From NCBI RefSeq assembly GCF_963676685.1, contig NC_092355.1, forward strand, positions 26,288,001 through 26,352,000: a stretch of 64,000 nucleotides of DNA, read 5' to 3'. Positions within the stretch are counted from its first letter, which is position 1, and each line of letters begins with the position of its first letter. Source of the DNA: Mytilus edulis. Taxonomy: Eukaryota. Under the pieces are notes generated by a model. That model was not told the origin of the DNA and made no database searches. It saw nothing but the letters and a program-made list of their open reading frames with translations. This document shows, piece after piece, positions 14,101 to 25,825 of this stretch. Made by a program: the position numbers and the translations under genes.

Positions 14101-17100
14101 TGAGCCAAATCTGTAACAAAATGATGGTCTGGATGGGCTTTTCAGAGTAGGGAATAATGAGCCAAAATCTGTAACAAAATGATGGTCTGGATGGGCTTTT
14201 CAGAGAAGGGAATAATGAGCCAAATCTGTAACAAAATGATGGTCTGGATGGGCTTTTCAGAGAAGGGAATAATGAGCCAATTCTGTAACAAAATGGGGTT
14301 CTGGATGGAATTTACAGAGTAGAAAATAACGAGCCAAAATGGATATGCTGCATCACAAAGTGCAAGAATCAATCGTGTACAAAACTAACTTCATTTAAAG
14401 ATGAAACAAATATATTAATCATGGTTTTCACCTGTATAAGAAGGAGTTCTGTGAATCGAATTGCTAACCAAATGGTTTACCCTTGTTTCACTTTTAATGT
14501 TGACATTAATTTCCTTTTGTTAGCAGAACACGCTTAGTTCATGAGTTGCCCGTAATTAAATAAGGGGTTAAATAGAAGGTCACATGAATACGGTTTCAAT
14601 GAGGTCGAATTATTCACTTGCAAGTGAATAATTCATTAGCGATGTTTCTTAGCTCATTTTCACAAAATTTAAACAAACCGGCTGCTAAAAGGGAATTGTT
14701 GTTCTACTATTTCACTTGCATTTATGATATAACAAAAAAAATCATATTTATATTGTTTTCATTTCTAGTATATTATATCCCTTTAACCAATAACATGGTT
14801 GACGCCTTCTTGCTGCGCACATACACACAATAGAAGAGGGATTTCTAGCAGTAAACGCTCGTTTGTTCTGTTATTATCCAGTAAATCAAATTAATCACTA
14901 AAAACTCGATCGACATGCATGTTTTCCTGTATATTGGTAGCTATTAACTTTTAAAAAAATGACTTAGAACCCTTTGTCCATTCTTATATTCTTAGAATTG
15001 CATTATCAAGTACTCAATGGTCCATATGTGTTTTCATGTGATTTAATTCTGATAAACAAACCATTATGTCAATTTACTCAAAGTTGACTTCATATTTTCA
15101 TGGAAGCTTTATGTTCATTGTTGTTGTTTACTTCACTTGAAACATGAATGTGTGCAAATGTTATTAAGTCTTGTGCGCAAACGGAATGCGCCTGTGAAAT
15201 TGTGTGCATTTTATTTGTTTAGTATTTTTTAAAATAATTTTAATGGGTTAATTTTTTTTTCTCACTCTGGTAGTTTTAACAAATTTACCATGTAGATAAC
15301 ATTTTTTACTGTATAAAATCGCGTGTAATGTATACGCATAATTATATTTTCTTCTTAGATAGGGTATTGCAGTGGTGACTTATCTAATATGTAGATAACT
15401 TTTTCTTTTATAAGACTTTAATAAAGTACTGATTCATTATCCCATGTAATGCATACGGATGATTATATTTTCTTCATAGATAGGGTATTGCAGTGGTGAC
15501 TTATCTCAATCGGCCTTCAGGGAAGACATTGTAAGGAACCTGATACAGAAATTTGGAAGATTGGATATATTGGTTTGTTTTATATGACATAAATATACCT
15601 TTTTGTTCACCATTATAAAAGAAAATATGATGTAACCCCCCAATAAAGCAGCGACTCAGCAAAGCAAAGTCGACATCCAGTTAATATTCGGTCCACAGAT
15701 ACAGACATCCATCATTCCTATATGACATAGTACTAAAATTGGAAGTGATACCTTTTCAGATTAAAGTTTTTATATGCGGAACGTATTATTTATCGACAAA
15801 ACGTTCAGACTTTGGCAATAAAAAAACCAATACAGGATAGTACAGCGATTCATTTTGGCATACAAAAGCAGGGATAAGGTATTGATAAACTTTATGACAG
15901 AAAAAAAAGCAATTAGGGTTATTTCATTGCAAAACATAACGACAAAACATCTGCTGAAAGTGTAACTGTATCTCGTAAATTTGAGATAATGACACTAATC
16001 TTGTTTTACAATGGCCTAAAACAGATTGCTCTCATAGAATAAGAGAAAAATAAAATAATTATGTATTATTTCTGTGCAAGTACGATATAGGTGGTCCCAA
16101 ATATTCGTGGCTAACGACACTCAGATATCAGAAGACTATATCTCATATACTGTGGATTCATTTCTATTCGTAGGATATCAATGTTCGTGGATTTTGTGGG
16201 TATAAGCGAACCACGAATTCAAATATTCAACGAAATAAAAATGTTCTATAGCCTTGTGTGCAGACTTTGGCAAAACCACATCATTAGATATTCACAACAA
16301 TGCAATATTTACTGAATCCACGAAAATTGATAATCACGAAAATGAATGAATCCACAGAATGTATATACGTTTCAGGCTGATATTGCAGGCTATGCTATGT
16401 TTTCAAATGTAAATGAAACTAAGGAAGAGGATTACGACAGATTCGTCAATGTAAACCAGAAGGCGAAATTCTTCCTGGCACAACTTTGCTTGCCTTATAT
16501 CAAAGAAACAAAAGGTTTGTTATTATGAGGGAAAACTTAATTCTTTCTTTTACAACTATGCTTGCCTTATCTGAAAAAAACAAACGGTTTGTTAGTATGA
16601 GGGAAACTAAATTCTTTCTTTCAAAACTATGCTTGTCTTATCTGAAAAAAACAAAAGGTTTGTTAGTATGAGGGAAAACTAAATTCTTTCTGTCACAACT
16701 ATGCTTGCCTTATCTCAAAGAAACAAACGGTTTGTTAGTATGAGGGAAAACTTATATTCTTTCTTTCACAACTATGCTTATCATTTCTCAGAGAAACAAA
16801 AAGTGTGTTAGTGTGAGGAAACACTAAATTATTTGTCATAACTATGCTTGCCTTGTATCAAAGAAACAACAAGTTTGTTTGTATGAGGGAAAACTAAATT
16901 ATTTCTAGCACAACTATGCTTGCCTTATCTCAAACAAACAACAGGTTAGTTTGTATGAGGGAAAACCAGAATGCAATAAAAATGGGTAAGATACATTGTA
17001 GTTTTTTTACATTGCATCAAAAATCGAGATGCATACACATTTTTGTAATAACAAATATGGAATATATCACGAATATGTAAACTGTTCTGTAATCAAATTC

Positions 17101-20100
17101 GCCTCTTTTTGATACATACAATCATAAGAAACGGCTTATGAATCTAAACATATTTTTAAGTAAATACAATTTTCGATGTAGGTAATATAGTCTACCTGTC
17201 AAGTAACAGTTCCACGATACCGGTAAGCATATTTTATTTATAATTTCATATTTAATGTATATTCTTCGAATCAGACATTATCAAACTAGAAATGAAATAG
17301 TACAGTTCTGTCCGAACACTGTGCTTATTGATACGGCACCAAACAACACAACAAAAGCATTCATATGTCAATATACTGTATTCAATAATAATTTGTATGC
17401 AATTCGCCGTTTCAGAATCTAATGTATCCTGGGTAATATTTTCAAAAGTGTACACCAAAACGTTCTGATTGGTTAAAAATATCATAAACAATTGAAATTT
17501 AACCAATGACGTGACATTTTGGGGTACGAACAATGATAATACCCATAGTCTTTTAGATTCTGAAACGGCCAATTGCACGCTGTTTAATTGCCATCTGAAC
17601 AGAAAAGCAGTTTTCTTGTGAATTAAGTTAATCATATATTTTTACTTTAAAGATTTAAAGAAAGCCACAAATGTTTGAATCATAGAATCTATTATAAAAC
17701 ACATTTTGAATGCATAACACATTTCGCTCAGTAACTTTGTTACTTAATTTGTAATATGAATTTGTATAAATTCAAAATTCAAAATTACTATGCAAAATTG
17801 AAAATGTAAATAAAAAAATTCTATATGTTTTTCAGCAACCGAGAATAATAGTTTACTGCATGGTAAAAGCAGCTATCGATATGCTTACAAAATGTCTAGC
17901 CAAAGGTAAAAGATATTTCGTATACAGTAATGTGTCAAGATGAAAAATGTAAAGGCGGGAATTGCCGGTATCGTCAACTAATCAAACTCATTGTTAATTT
18001 TTTTGTCTTGTGACTATTTCAAAATAAAAAAGACGTTTACCAAATTTCTTTTGTGATTGCTCAGTGCCTCATTTTTACCTGTTGTGTATCTGTCCATTTT
18101 TCCGATCGAACGTTTATTTAAATAAGTTGTGTAATGATAATTGAAACATATTATTCCCTGGTTATGTGTGTATATACACCAAATTTTTTACGTTCAAAAC
18201 CTTTGTTGAAACACTTCCCCTTCTTTCCAAAAATGTGTTAGGCTCTATTTGCAGGTTGAAAACACTAGGTACTAACTTAAAACATATAACAGATTTAACT
18301 TTATTGACGCATACAGTTAATGAATAAATTATTGAAGAAAATAATAATTGAATAAATTTCTTTCAGAATTAGGAGCTTACGGTGTAAGAGTGAATGCTAT
18401 CAAGTAAGTTATAATTAGGTGGTGATGTAGTACATAGAACGTTGTTACCAAGTACCTTAATCAGTAATCAATAAACAGTTGGTCCCTTAACCTTCAGTGT
18501 CCGATATTTAAAATTATTTAACAGAAAAGGTGTGCCTTCAATACACACTATTTTTTCCATCTGCTTATAATAGGCTGAGACCATAGTTTATCCTGCATTC
18601 TGAAAAGAAATGAAAAGAAATCGACAACTGTATAAATGGCGGTAATTTGAAACTGGACGTCAGAAGGTTATTTTCAAAACTTTTAAATTACCTCAAAGGC
18701 TGTCCATCCGACATGACTAGCGAACTGGTCTTACTTTTTTTACGGATTAGTGAACGTTTTACTTTGTACTTGTTTGGCTTTCTAACTATTTTGATGTGAT
18801 ATTCACTGATGTGTCTTATGTAGACGAAACGCGTCTGGCGTTTTAAATCAAAATATTTTAACTATTTAAAGGGGTTGCCCCAACACTTCGCCTTAAATGT
18901 AATTTGCAGCCTCAAAATAAGCAAAATACTTACTTTGACCTGTTGACAAAAATACAAGAATTTTAAGAAATTTTAACCTTACAATTCACAGGAATAATCT
19001 CATTGGATACATAAAAGTTTGACAAAAACTTAATTTGATCATTGAGGAGCTTGCATTTTATGTGATTAAAACTTTCAGCTGATTTTTAAAGAGCTAAATC
19101 CCTTAGGTGTTTTATAGCCCCTTAAGTCAGTTTCTCATTTATTATGATTAATAACCCATCGGTACTTTGTTTATATAATGGTTTTCACATGTATAAGGTG
19201 AACATGGCAGTCAGACAGAAATCTTCGAATGGGGTCCTTCTAGGCACTACGTGTAACATTGATTTTTTTCTAAAGAGTTTAATACATCACTGGACAAATA
19301 TTGCTAACGAGTTATGGGCCTGCATCATGTCGATAATTATGTATTTGCACAACATGATGTCATGGTTTTCTCAGAATGCTTATGACATCTTCACACTTAA
19401 TCCTTTAACCATGCAATGATCTATATTTCTTTATTAACAATGGTCAATTAACTAGCTTTAAAATACTCAAGTACGCTTAGATGTTTTTTGTGTCTTTTGA
19501 AGTGTTGTAAGTTGCATTCAGCTTTATACCGATCTACTGAGTCAGGCTATTTCAAACTGATATTTACGTTTGTTCAAATGACGTGCTGGTGCCTTAGTGT
19601 ACATGTATCCCAGCTCTAACAAACATGCTTACCCTTACACATTCTGACTGCGCCTGGAAGATAAAAAACTTTCGGTACAGACATGATTTATAGCAATTCA
19701 TTCTAAAATTATCCATTTATACATTTTGAAATTATAAAGACATTAAGGTTTCAACTCCCTCAGGCAAAGTTGGCTTTAGGTAGATTTGGCTATTTTTTAG
19801 GTTATCATTTGTCGTATAGCTGTCATAAGTCCTTGGCTTTTAGCGTTCCTGATGAAAATAATACAGAAAAGCGTTTCGGACGCATGAAATGTACATAACG
19901 TTTTGTTTTAAATTTTGTTGCACAAGTTACATTTCTAAGGGACATAACGATAAAAAGATATTATCTTTATCTTTTATTAAAATGGATGAAATATGATGAC
20001 AATAAGAAGATAACTATCTTATAAGAAATGCCGACTTTTGTCTTTCTATTTCTTAGTTTTGTTTCTTTTCTGATATATGATTGCTTATACTTAACTATAA

Positions 20101-21028
20101 TCTACTTTAATATTCATTATTCATTTATGGTTTGATAGTTTATCGTACATGAGAAACTTCATTGTATTTTATTATCAAATTGTAGTCCTGGCTTCATTGG
20201 TGGTACCAATATTCTTCGTAATAGTGGTTTGAAGGCAACAGATGAAGACCAAAAGAAGGTTGTATGCACACATTGTTCCGTCAATAAATTATGAAATAGA
20301 ATCGACCTTGAATATAAAAAAGAAGATGTGGTATGATTGCCAATTAGACAACTCTCCACAGGACACCAAAAGGACACATAAATTGACAAATCTAGGTCAC
20401 CGTACGGCCTTCAATATCAATATAAATGTTTGAAGTCAATATCGCTGTATTTCACTTTTGATATTGATATGATACCTTGTCCTGGTTTTGGATGACTTTT
20501 AGTTCTTCTTTTGTTTGCTTTATTAGCCCTTCAACGTTTATATCAGTTTTGGGGTTTTACATATGTAAGCCTCTTATTTCACAGAAACATTATTTGTCAT
20601 AATAAGAATTTTGGGTCAAGTGCATTGAAATTAGTACCGTCATGACCGTTAATTGTTATTGCAATACTGTCTGAAAAAATGACCTGAACTGATTTTCGGT
20701 GTTTTATTTTAGATCATATTTTATCGAGATGCTAACATAATTTATATTTCTAGGGCTCCCAAATCAATACGTCTCGAACGTACATAAAACAAATTATTTC
20801 AAAATTCATATCAACCAATTTAGATATATTTACATCTTGTATTTTAATGTCTAACGTTACTTTTTATCTTTATAGATTTCAGACAATGCAGCAAAACAAG
20901 CACACCTAAATAGGGCGGGAAAACCAGCAGATGTTGTTTCCCTCTTGCTCTTCTTGGCGTCAGATGAAGCATCGTACATTACCGGAAGTATTAACTATAT
21001 GGATGGTGGAAAACATTTATATCCTTGA
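11120..21028 (+). CDS. SDR1: classical short-chain dehydrogenase/reductase (FabG-like), 260 aa, 9 exons
   Basis: Exons 11120-11156, 13475-13614, 15480-15572, 16376-16514, 17182-17222, 17836-17905, 18367-18403, 20186-20258, 20876-21028; all GT-AG and phase-compatible, 783 nt, no internal stop. Motifs: TGASSGIG (Rossmann), LDILADIAG, NIVYLSS, YCMVK (YxxxK), GVRVNAINPG, FLASDEASYITG...DGG. Confidence 0.93.
11662..11804 (-). pseudogene. Decayed copy of MIase-like coding exon 1, antisense in SDR1 intron 1
   Basis: ttttag|gttgtcAAGTCTGAACTAATGCAG...ATTGAAATTAAACATAAAACT...GCTAACAATAACATT...TTCAGG|gtgaga aligns with 58001-57873. Flanking homology continues to about 12330 (matching about 58160-58600). 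ATG is lost and the frame is broken. Confidence 0.8.
12210..13240 (+). repeat. Local tandem duplication of about 530 bp in SDR1 intron 1, containing an old Naiad-like 3' tail
   Basis: About 12210-12700 matches about 12740-13240; the corresponding SDR2 intron (about 46320-46740) has one copy. Confidence 0.75.
13860..14340 (+). repeat. 57-bp minisatellite, about 8 copies, SDR1 intron 2
   Basis: Unit gatggtctggatgggcttttcagagaagggaataatgagccaaatctgtaacaaaat; homologous array at about 43915-44450. Confidence 0.85.
16148..16359. mobile_element. MITE of about 210 bp with TIRs (second copy 54610-54822)
   Basis: tactgtggattca...tgaatccacag termini; absent from the matching SDR2 intron; ends about 16 nt before the exon-4 start. 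Confidence 0.8.
16466..16968 (+). repeat. 72-bp tandem array built from the SDR1 exon-4 3' end plus donor site, about 7 units
   Basis: Unit AAATTCTTTCTGTCACAACTATGCTTGCCTTATCTCAAAGAAACAAAAG|gtttgttagtatgagggaaaact; the first unit is the real exon end. Confidence 0.9.
18801..18840 (+). ncRNA. Degenerate minimal type I hammerhead ribozyme motif
   Basis: tca-CTGATGT-GTCT-tatgt-AGAC-GAAA-CGCG-TC-tggcg; core A9 is mutated; related copy at 27094-27136. Confidence 0.5.
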
Positions 21029-21099
21029 ACAATATTGTCCCATCTCTCATATACTTCAGATTTCAGAATTTTAGTGTGAATAACAACCATTATATGTTT

Positions 21100-21600
21100 A
21101 ATCGAAAATTGGGACATTTTATCACGAAAAAAGATCTCATTACACCAGAAATTTTGCGAAAAATTGTTCGTATTTATGTTAATCTTAAAAGTAGTCTTAA
21201 AGACCTGAGGACTATTTATATGTGTTTATTAAGCTATTCAGGTTTTTTCAAGGTTTTCAGAACTAGTGATTTTGAGAGATATCGATATAATGATGTACAC
21301 ACGCAAATTTATATTTGGTGAAGAGTAAAACTGATATTTACAGAGAAGGGAGGTATGTAGGTATTTTTAGAACTAATCTTGCAACTTGTCCTGTTTCTAT
21401 GCTAGAACGATATCTCAAAGTAGCTAGTATTACATCCAATTCTGATGAATTAATTTTTAGTTTTAGTAAGCTTGATAATTCTTATAAACTTAGAAGTACA
21501 TATCCGTTGTCATACACGAGAACTCGAGAAATACTACTATCAGGCTTACAGAGTATCAGCTTAGATAGTAAAAAAATGGACTTTATAGTTTCCGTTTAGA
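21100..21600 (+). mobile_element. DIRS/Ngaro-type tyrosine recombinase remnant just after the SDR1 stop
   Basis: Frameshifted peptides KKDLITPEILRKIV...LLSYSGF, KSKTDIYREG...CPVSMLERYL and LSYTRTREIL. Confidence 0.75.
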
Positions 21601-21604
21601 GAGA

Positions 21605-22065
21605 AAACTTTCCGTTCTCCTTCCTAAACTTCACAAATTAAGTGAACTTGTTATTCAAGGGATAAAAAACAAACGATGACAGTAAATGAATTACCCCCAT
21701 GCAGACCAATTATTTTCAATGTTACTCTGTCACCGAAAAGGTTAGCAAATTTATTGATTACTTTTTGATACCTTAAAAGACAGAACAGTTAAATAAGAGT
21801 TAGTGGGGATTTCATAAATAAAATAGAAAATTTAAGGCCTGATCGGGATTGCCTCTTAATTTCTTTTGACTGCACCAGCATGTATACAAACATGGAGTTC
21901 AATGAACTCATTCATTCTGTTGGACGGGCTTATAACAGTGCAGTAAAAGACGATTATCCGATTAAATTACCTAGCTGTGAAACAATTAAATCGTTAGTAG
22001 CCACAGTGTTAAAAAACAATTATTTTGAATTTAATGACCGATACTTTGTACAGAAAATGCCTGCT
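21605..22065 (+). mobile_element. Penelope-like reverse transcriptase fragment (N-terminal RT motifs)
   Basis: PKLHK, PCRPII, DFINKIENL, LISFDCTSMYTNM and VLKNNYFEFNDRYFVQ. Confidence 0.75.
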
Positions 22066-24652
22066 GCAGGAAAATTGAAGTCTATGTTAAGACTTTCAGA
22101 ATTACACCAAGGTGTGTCTGAAAATATCAAGGATACATTAAAAGAAGAACAATTACTTCCCATTGCCGGCAGTGCTCTTATGAGCTATGTCCTCGTTTGG
22201 GTATTTCTATGGAAAGGATGCCCGCATAGCTTCTTAATAGATATAGTTAGATGTGGTATGAGTGCAAATGACACAACACACCATCCAAGTGACAATTTAT
22301 AAAAGTAACCCATTATAGGTCACAGTCCGGTCTTCAACACCTAGCCTAGGCTCTTAAGTGGATTTGTTAGTTAATTGAAGAAAATAACACATATGCGCTT
22401 CTAAACCGTATATTGTCCCTAAAGATTACAAAAAATCGTAAATGTATGGCTATAACAAAATCAATCGTTTCTGTAGCAACATTCACCCCATTACATTTGG
22501 GGTTGGCTGTGCAGATATATGATGCATATGCATATGGAAATATGGGTAACAAACATTGATCGAAACTTTTTACTCACATTGTTTTCCTATGCAAAGGTAA
22601 GACTATATCTAACGAGTTTGACCGAATCAAAACGGTATTTACGCTCCAGATGGCATTTGTACTCAAAAACTCTGTTTGATTTGAACAAACCCTGTCCAGC
22701 GCCGAACTTGTTCAGGTAAAAAAAGGGAAGTGTGTTGTTTGCTAATACCCGTAATGAATCCGCATATGATGACTAAGAGACTGATTTATGTCTCTATTTA
22801 ATGAATACTTGAGCTTTTGTGTGTCGCTTTTAAAAATTATATAAGGGTCGTGACATATTTTGAATTATAACATTAGACAATTGGCATTACATTGTATAAT
22901 TGTTATCCTTCCCTTGAAAAATTGATGAATTAACTTTTTTACCAGGATTATCCCACTAAGACAATGTTCAGGCACCAAACTGACTTTGTTTTACACTCAA
23001 CCCAAACCCTAATCAAGGCAAGTAACACTTATGATTTTTTTTAAACCTCGCATTCGCCTCGGGTGACTATGGTATATTTTGTGTTATAACTGATCTGTCC
23101 AGACTTAACAAATACACAATATGTATTTATCTATAACTAGATACTAATTTTCACAAAATACACAACCTTTTAGATGCGAAATTAAAAACACTGTTTCAGC
23201 GCTTGAATTTTGTTTTTTTCAAAGATAGAAAAAATATTGAAATAATTTGATAAACTGGTGTTTTATAGTTTAGAAAATAATTCTGTAATATACTGCAGTG
23301 AAACACTATACACAATATGAAAGTTTATGGATATGAAAAGGTCAAGGCCACTTCTTCTTTTGCTATGTTATAAATGGGAAAAAATCAGAAGGTTCTAAAT
23401 CAACGCCATTTTGTAATGGCAGCTCTTCGTATAAGTAGTCAAATTTGTCGTTTTAACATTGTTTATAGCATATGCTTATGATTGAATCGTTTTTGTAGCA
23501 TTCTATGGAATAAATATCAGAAAATTTCTCCTTTTTGTCCTTGTGGTTGATATATTGATATGTTTAGGTTTGACCTTTGACCTCAATTTCACAAAAATAT
23601 GACCACTCTGGATATTTACGACCCAACTTTTCTTATTGTACACGTTTTCCTCATTCCATCGATATATAATTTAGGTGTGTGTTCTTCCGGACCATTAAAG
23701 TTTTAAAAAATGAACTCTGGTTGCAGTACTAAAAGGAGTTCCTATGAAAAATTGCATTGTCAATATTTACAGAAATGCAACCTATAAAGGGTGAAAAAGG
23801 GGAACATTCAGAATATAACCAAATTTGCTTTATTTCAAAGATTTCGAAAAAAATAACTCAAATATGAAGTTTTTAAAATATTTAATAAAAATTGGTAGAA
23901 TCATGGGCCTTAAATATGATGACTCAGCATAAATTCACACTTTACAGTATGCATAGTTTACTTAAAGTCCTGGATACAAAATTAATTTATATTATTTGCA
24001 TATTTGTAAGTTAAATTGTTAAGAAGTACTTAAATATAATCTTCGCAGTCATTGAAACTCATAGATCCTTCCTGAATATTACTTATGGGGTGTTTTTGTC
24101 CTTTTGATTACCCAAAAGTAAGCCGCAACAGCTAAATCTGCCTTTTTTGTCACCACAGCATAATAAATACAAGCTAGAAAATCAAAAATATCTCAACAAA
24201 ACTTACAATAGTGTATTCTATCCTGAAAATGTACTAAATATTCCAAATTGCTAGAAACAGCAGAATGATTTAGGAAATTTGAGGCCCAAGGGACAAAAGA
24301 CATAGAAAATTGCATACCCTCTGGGTCATAAAAACAAATAGTTTAACTTGTAAATGCTATGATAACATGATTTTAAAGTTCTTGATATAGAAAACAATAA
24401 CTATGTTACGAAGTTAAGCAAAAATCAGATGTTAGGAGTCATCTCTATTACATTTTAAGTGAATTTGTATCTCAGACTGGTATCTGCATACATACAACTG
24501 TTGCAAATATGGCTTTGTTTGACACTTCTCTATATATATTAGCTAGATTGTGTCAGATATATGGTTACAGATGATACTGTTGTGACAAGAATTGTAAATT
24601 GACCAATTGAGGCAGAAAGTGTGTACTTCAATCGACAAATAGGCATACATAC

Positions 24653-24802
24653 TTTGGTCGCTTTGGAGATTCCGTATATCGTCAAGTTATTGGAATTCCA
24701 ATGGGGACTAACAGTGCACGACTTATTGCGGACCTGTTTTTGTATTGAAATGAGTTACAATTTATGACTAAAATTAGCAAAGACCCATCGAAATAACATT
24801 TG
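24653..24802 (+). mobile_element. Penelope/Naiad-like RT fragment
   Basis: FGDSVYRQVIGIPMGTNSARLIADLFLY*NELQFM, with stops. Confidence 0.7.
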
Positions 24803-25825
24803 AGGAAGTACACCACTAATTCATGGTCCCATTGCTTTCTATGTTAAATTCCTCCATTTCAAGCAGGCACACCTCTTTTGTTTTAAGTTCAAATAAAGTG
24901 TCAATTATTGCATTTCAAAGCAACACTTTATGGTGTCTTGTACTGGAAAAATCAACATACCTTTAATTGCATATAAGAAAGAACTGGTTCCCGGAAATAA
25001 GGATGTACCAAAACAGGTACATGATCAGATCTGAAAAACAGACAAAATGTACCCTCTTTTTAAAATTTGGTGCAGTTTTTTTAATATTCAAAATTAAAAG
25101 TCCAAAAGTCCAAAAATATCCAAACATTTTATTTATTTTCTTTTGTTACATCTTCTGACATCGGACTCGGACTTCTCTTGAACTGAACGTTTAATGTGCG
25201 TATTGTTATGCGTTTACTTTTCCACTAGAGGTATAAGGGGAGGGTTGAGATCTCCTCTGGCCTTTGCTAGTCTTGTATGAATTTTTATTTTAGTTTCTTG
25301 TGTATAATTCGGAGTTTAGTATGACGTCCATTATCACTGTACTAGTATACATATTTTGTAAGGGGCCAGTTGAAGGACACCTACGTATGCGGGAGTTTCT
25401 CGCTGCATAGAAGACCCGTTGGTGGCCTTCGGCTGTTGTCTGCTCTGTGGTCGGGTTGTTGTCGCTTTGACACATTCCCATTTCCTTACTCAATTTTATA
25501 CAGTAAGATGTGGACTGGAGACATAGGCTGGATTTGATACTTTATATAATCTTGAATGTTGTAATGATTGACTGCTAAACATTACATTTATAGTATTTTG
25601 ATATGCTTTCAATATGTTATCAAAAGAGTTTCTAGGTTCTAGGCATTTTATATCAGAAAATATGCAAATAGGGTAAGCTGGCAATAATTAAACAGGGGAG
25701 GGTTATAAAATGTACAGTAAAGAAAAAAATGGAGTATACGCAGTGATTTCTTTACGGCTATAATTCTGACAAATGAGTATTAATGTGAGAAAAACTGATT
25801 TTAGAATTTGAATAAATGTTTGTAT

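Noticed and set aside
16091-16114. Possible extra SDR exon supplying the NNAG motif
   Set aside because: Reads VVPNIRG then stop and is not conserved in SDR2; exons 3 and 4 already join in frame.
22900-24600. Possible gene between SDR1 and the duplicated exons
   Set aside because: No open frames or recognisable exons; it looks like unclassified non-autonomous repeat sequence.
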